A DNA stretch of 64,000 nucleotides from Microthyrium microscopicum (lineage: Eukaryota), in NCBI GenBank assembly GCA_010405405.1, contig MU004245.1, positions 437,256 to 501,255 on the forward strand. The letters run 5' to 3'. Under the pieces are notes generated by a model that was not told the origin of the DNA, searched no databases, and was given only the letters and a program-made list of their open reading frames with translations. The stretch's first letter is position 1; every line of letters begins with the position of its first letter. Made by a program: the position numbers and the translations under genes. Positions 62,143-64,000 of the stretch are shown here, piece by piece.

Positions 62143-62656
62143 AAAGAACATATGGGGCGAAAGCAAGGCCCACCGTCCGACTCTTGACTAACTAGTCAGG
62201 CAACACTCGCCAGATTATATGCTGTCTATATCCTCCCAGCGATATACCTACTGTTAGTTTCTCGTGTGCGCCTGGACAACTTGTGAATTATCTCGTCATG
62301 GGAACATTTTAGTTTGGCAATGACCCTTTACCGAAAGAGAGCTGCAACATGAAGTCAGTAACAAGAAATGAGAACTTCAACTCTATATGGACCAGACAGA
62401 AAAGTCGGGTTGTGTGGCAACAGGCTGAGATATGCGTGCTTGCATTTTCTTTGGGGGTAGGCTTTTCCATTCATGGTCAGTTTGGGAATCAGAATACATT
62501 TGCTCAAGACTCGACCTCTATGAATCTTTTCCTCATGATGCCAGTGGTAAAATTCTACCGATGCGCCAATTTTACTCTCAATACCATACCGCACAGCGCG
62601 TTGTAAGTACAAACTTCGATGCAACTTCCCTGGGCGATGTTCTGCCATTTTTGCAA

Positions 62657-64000
62657 TCACTGCAATAGCACCATCGCTTTTGCAATCAGAATCCCGTTTT
62701 TCTTCTCTTCTTGGGAGATCGAGGAAGGAAAACTTTGCAGCAAAACCAAGGCTTTCTCCAGTGGCAGACCGTCTGGACGGTCACCTTCCTTCGTCGACAA
62801 CATCGCCTCTTGCAATGACGAATCTGGGCTATAGTAGTACAGAGCTGGGAACAAACATAGACTGACTTTGCCATTCCGAAGCGCCTCGGATTGTAAATCT
62901 TCAAGATGATCTCCCTCAACATTCTGGGCCATCATACAAGTTGCATCGAACGGGGTATCGATCGGGAACAACCGGAGTTCACACTGCCACCGGTTGAGAT
63001 TGAGCTCGCCTTTAAATGACAAACACTTCTTATAAAGTGCTTGACAGTGTTCAAAATCAATTTCGCAAGATTGAAGCATTGCCGAGGTGGAGAATATGCC
63101 GTCGATTAGCTTGATAAAGGAAGCCTCTACCCCTTGCGCTTTGCTTGGTATAACTCTGTCTCTGAAGTCCTGGCTCTTTAGGATATGTTCGTGATAGAAA
63201 GAGTCCGCATGGAAAACCGAAGCAAATCCGTCTATATTAGACAGTTAGTGTCGAACAAAGCTTAAATGAAATGGAGAGGCTCACACTTGTTGGAGAATAA
63301 TGACTGAAAGTGCATCATAGACTCGTTGGATCTTGTTTGGCCAGGGCTTGGAAATGGTGTCTCAAATATCTCCTTTTTCAACACTTGACTCATGATGACG
63401 CACAAAATGTGAGCCGGCTTTGCAATGTCAATCAATTGCATGACTTGACTCCGAGAATTCCGGTCTGTAGCAAGACCAGTTCGAAAGAGAAAGTCAGACA
63501 TGGCGTGGAGCACTCCAATTGACAACTGATTCTGCGAATTCTGAGAAGTACGGCGACTTTTGAATGCTTTGCTTTGTGCGTCTTGAAGACTCTCAAACTC
63601 TTGCTGAATGTCCGTTCTAGTCATAGAAGGGTTGTATGTTCTGTTCAATAAAGGACAAACTCGAGAGTGCTCATTTTGTTGCTCGTCTTTAGCCATCGCT
63701 TGCCGATAATATTCCTTTGCAGCCTTAGCCGGGTCCGAGAGCTGGCTTGCAAAATCTGTGCTTTTCCGAAACAATTTCAGTTCATGTTCGTATCCTTGAT
63801 TCTTTCTTTCCAGTCTGAAGATTTGCATTTGGGCTTCTGCCATGTTTGCCTCCAGACTTTCAATGCGTGCTTGCTGTTCTTTACAGAGATCGACAAGGTT
63901 GCTTACTGAAGACTGGGCCATATGATGTAGGAAGGTTGAGCTAGCTGCGGTTGGTGGATTGATATTCGTGACGGCTGGTCGTGTGGAATTGAACAGAGTC
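62657..64000 (-). CDS. Paralog of the 12151-14408 coiled-coil / GrpE-like protein; 5' end lies beyond the window
   Basis: The frame is open from the window edge (PPTAASSTF vs VPTAASSSF). Shared blocks EHSRVCPL, IMSQVLKKEIFETPFP, GFASV, LKGELNL-type FKGELNLNR, DTPFDATCM, KVSLCLFPALY and KKNGILIAKAMVLLQ*. Intron 63284-63232. Confidence 0.85.

Overview
Gene-dense, intron-containing filamentous ascomycete (Pezizomycotina-type) nuclear DNA with about 33 protein-coding loci. I saw no rRNA, tRNA, CRISPR array or intact transposon. Conserved housekeeping genes (MTQ2, MRPS8, ATG22, PDI1, MED14, OXR1, MIC60, cipC, two SDRs, an MFS transporter) are interleaved with lineage-specific genes: four F-box/F-box-like genes, two BTB genes and a three-domain hevein lectin. 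There are three clear pseudogenes: an intronless bacterial-type GT4 glycosyltransferase with two frameshifts, and a divergent dienelactone hydrolase / Zn2Cys6 regulator pair. The best candidate for an undescribed system is a head-to-head pair at 8.8-14.4 kb. It joins a divergent HSPA12-type Hsp70-like ATPase to a coiled-coil protein with a Myb/SANT-like N-terminus and a C-terminus that resembles the GrpE (Hsp70 nucleotide-exchange factor) beta-domain. A paralog of that partner, with an intron at the same position, runs off the right edge of the window. Structured non-coding elements include a ~180-nt pre-miRNA-like hairpin at 29.7 kb and stem-loops in two long PDI1 introns. Gene models were spliced by eye and family calls come from motif recognition; no database searches were run.
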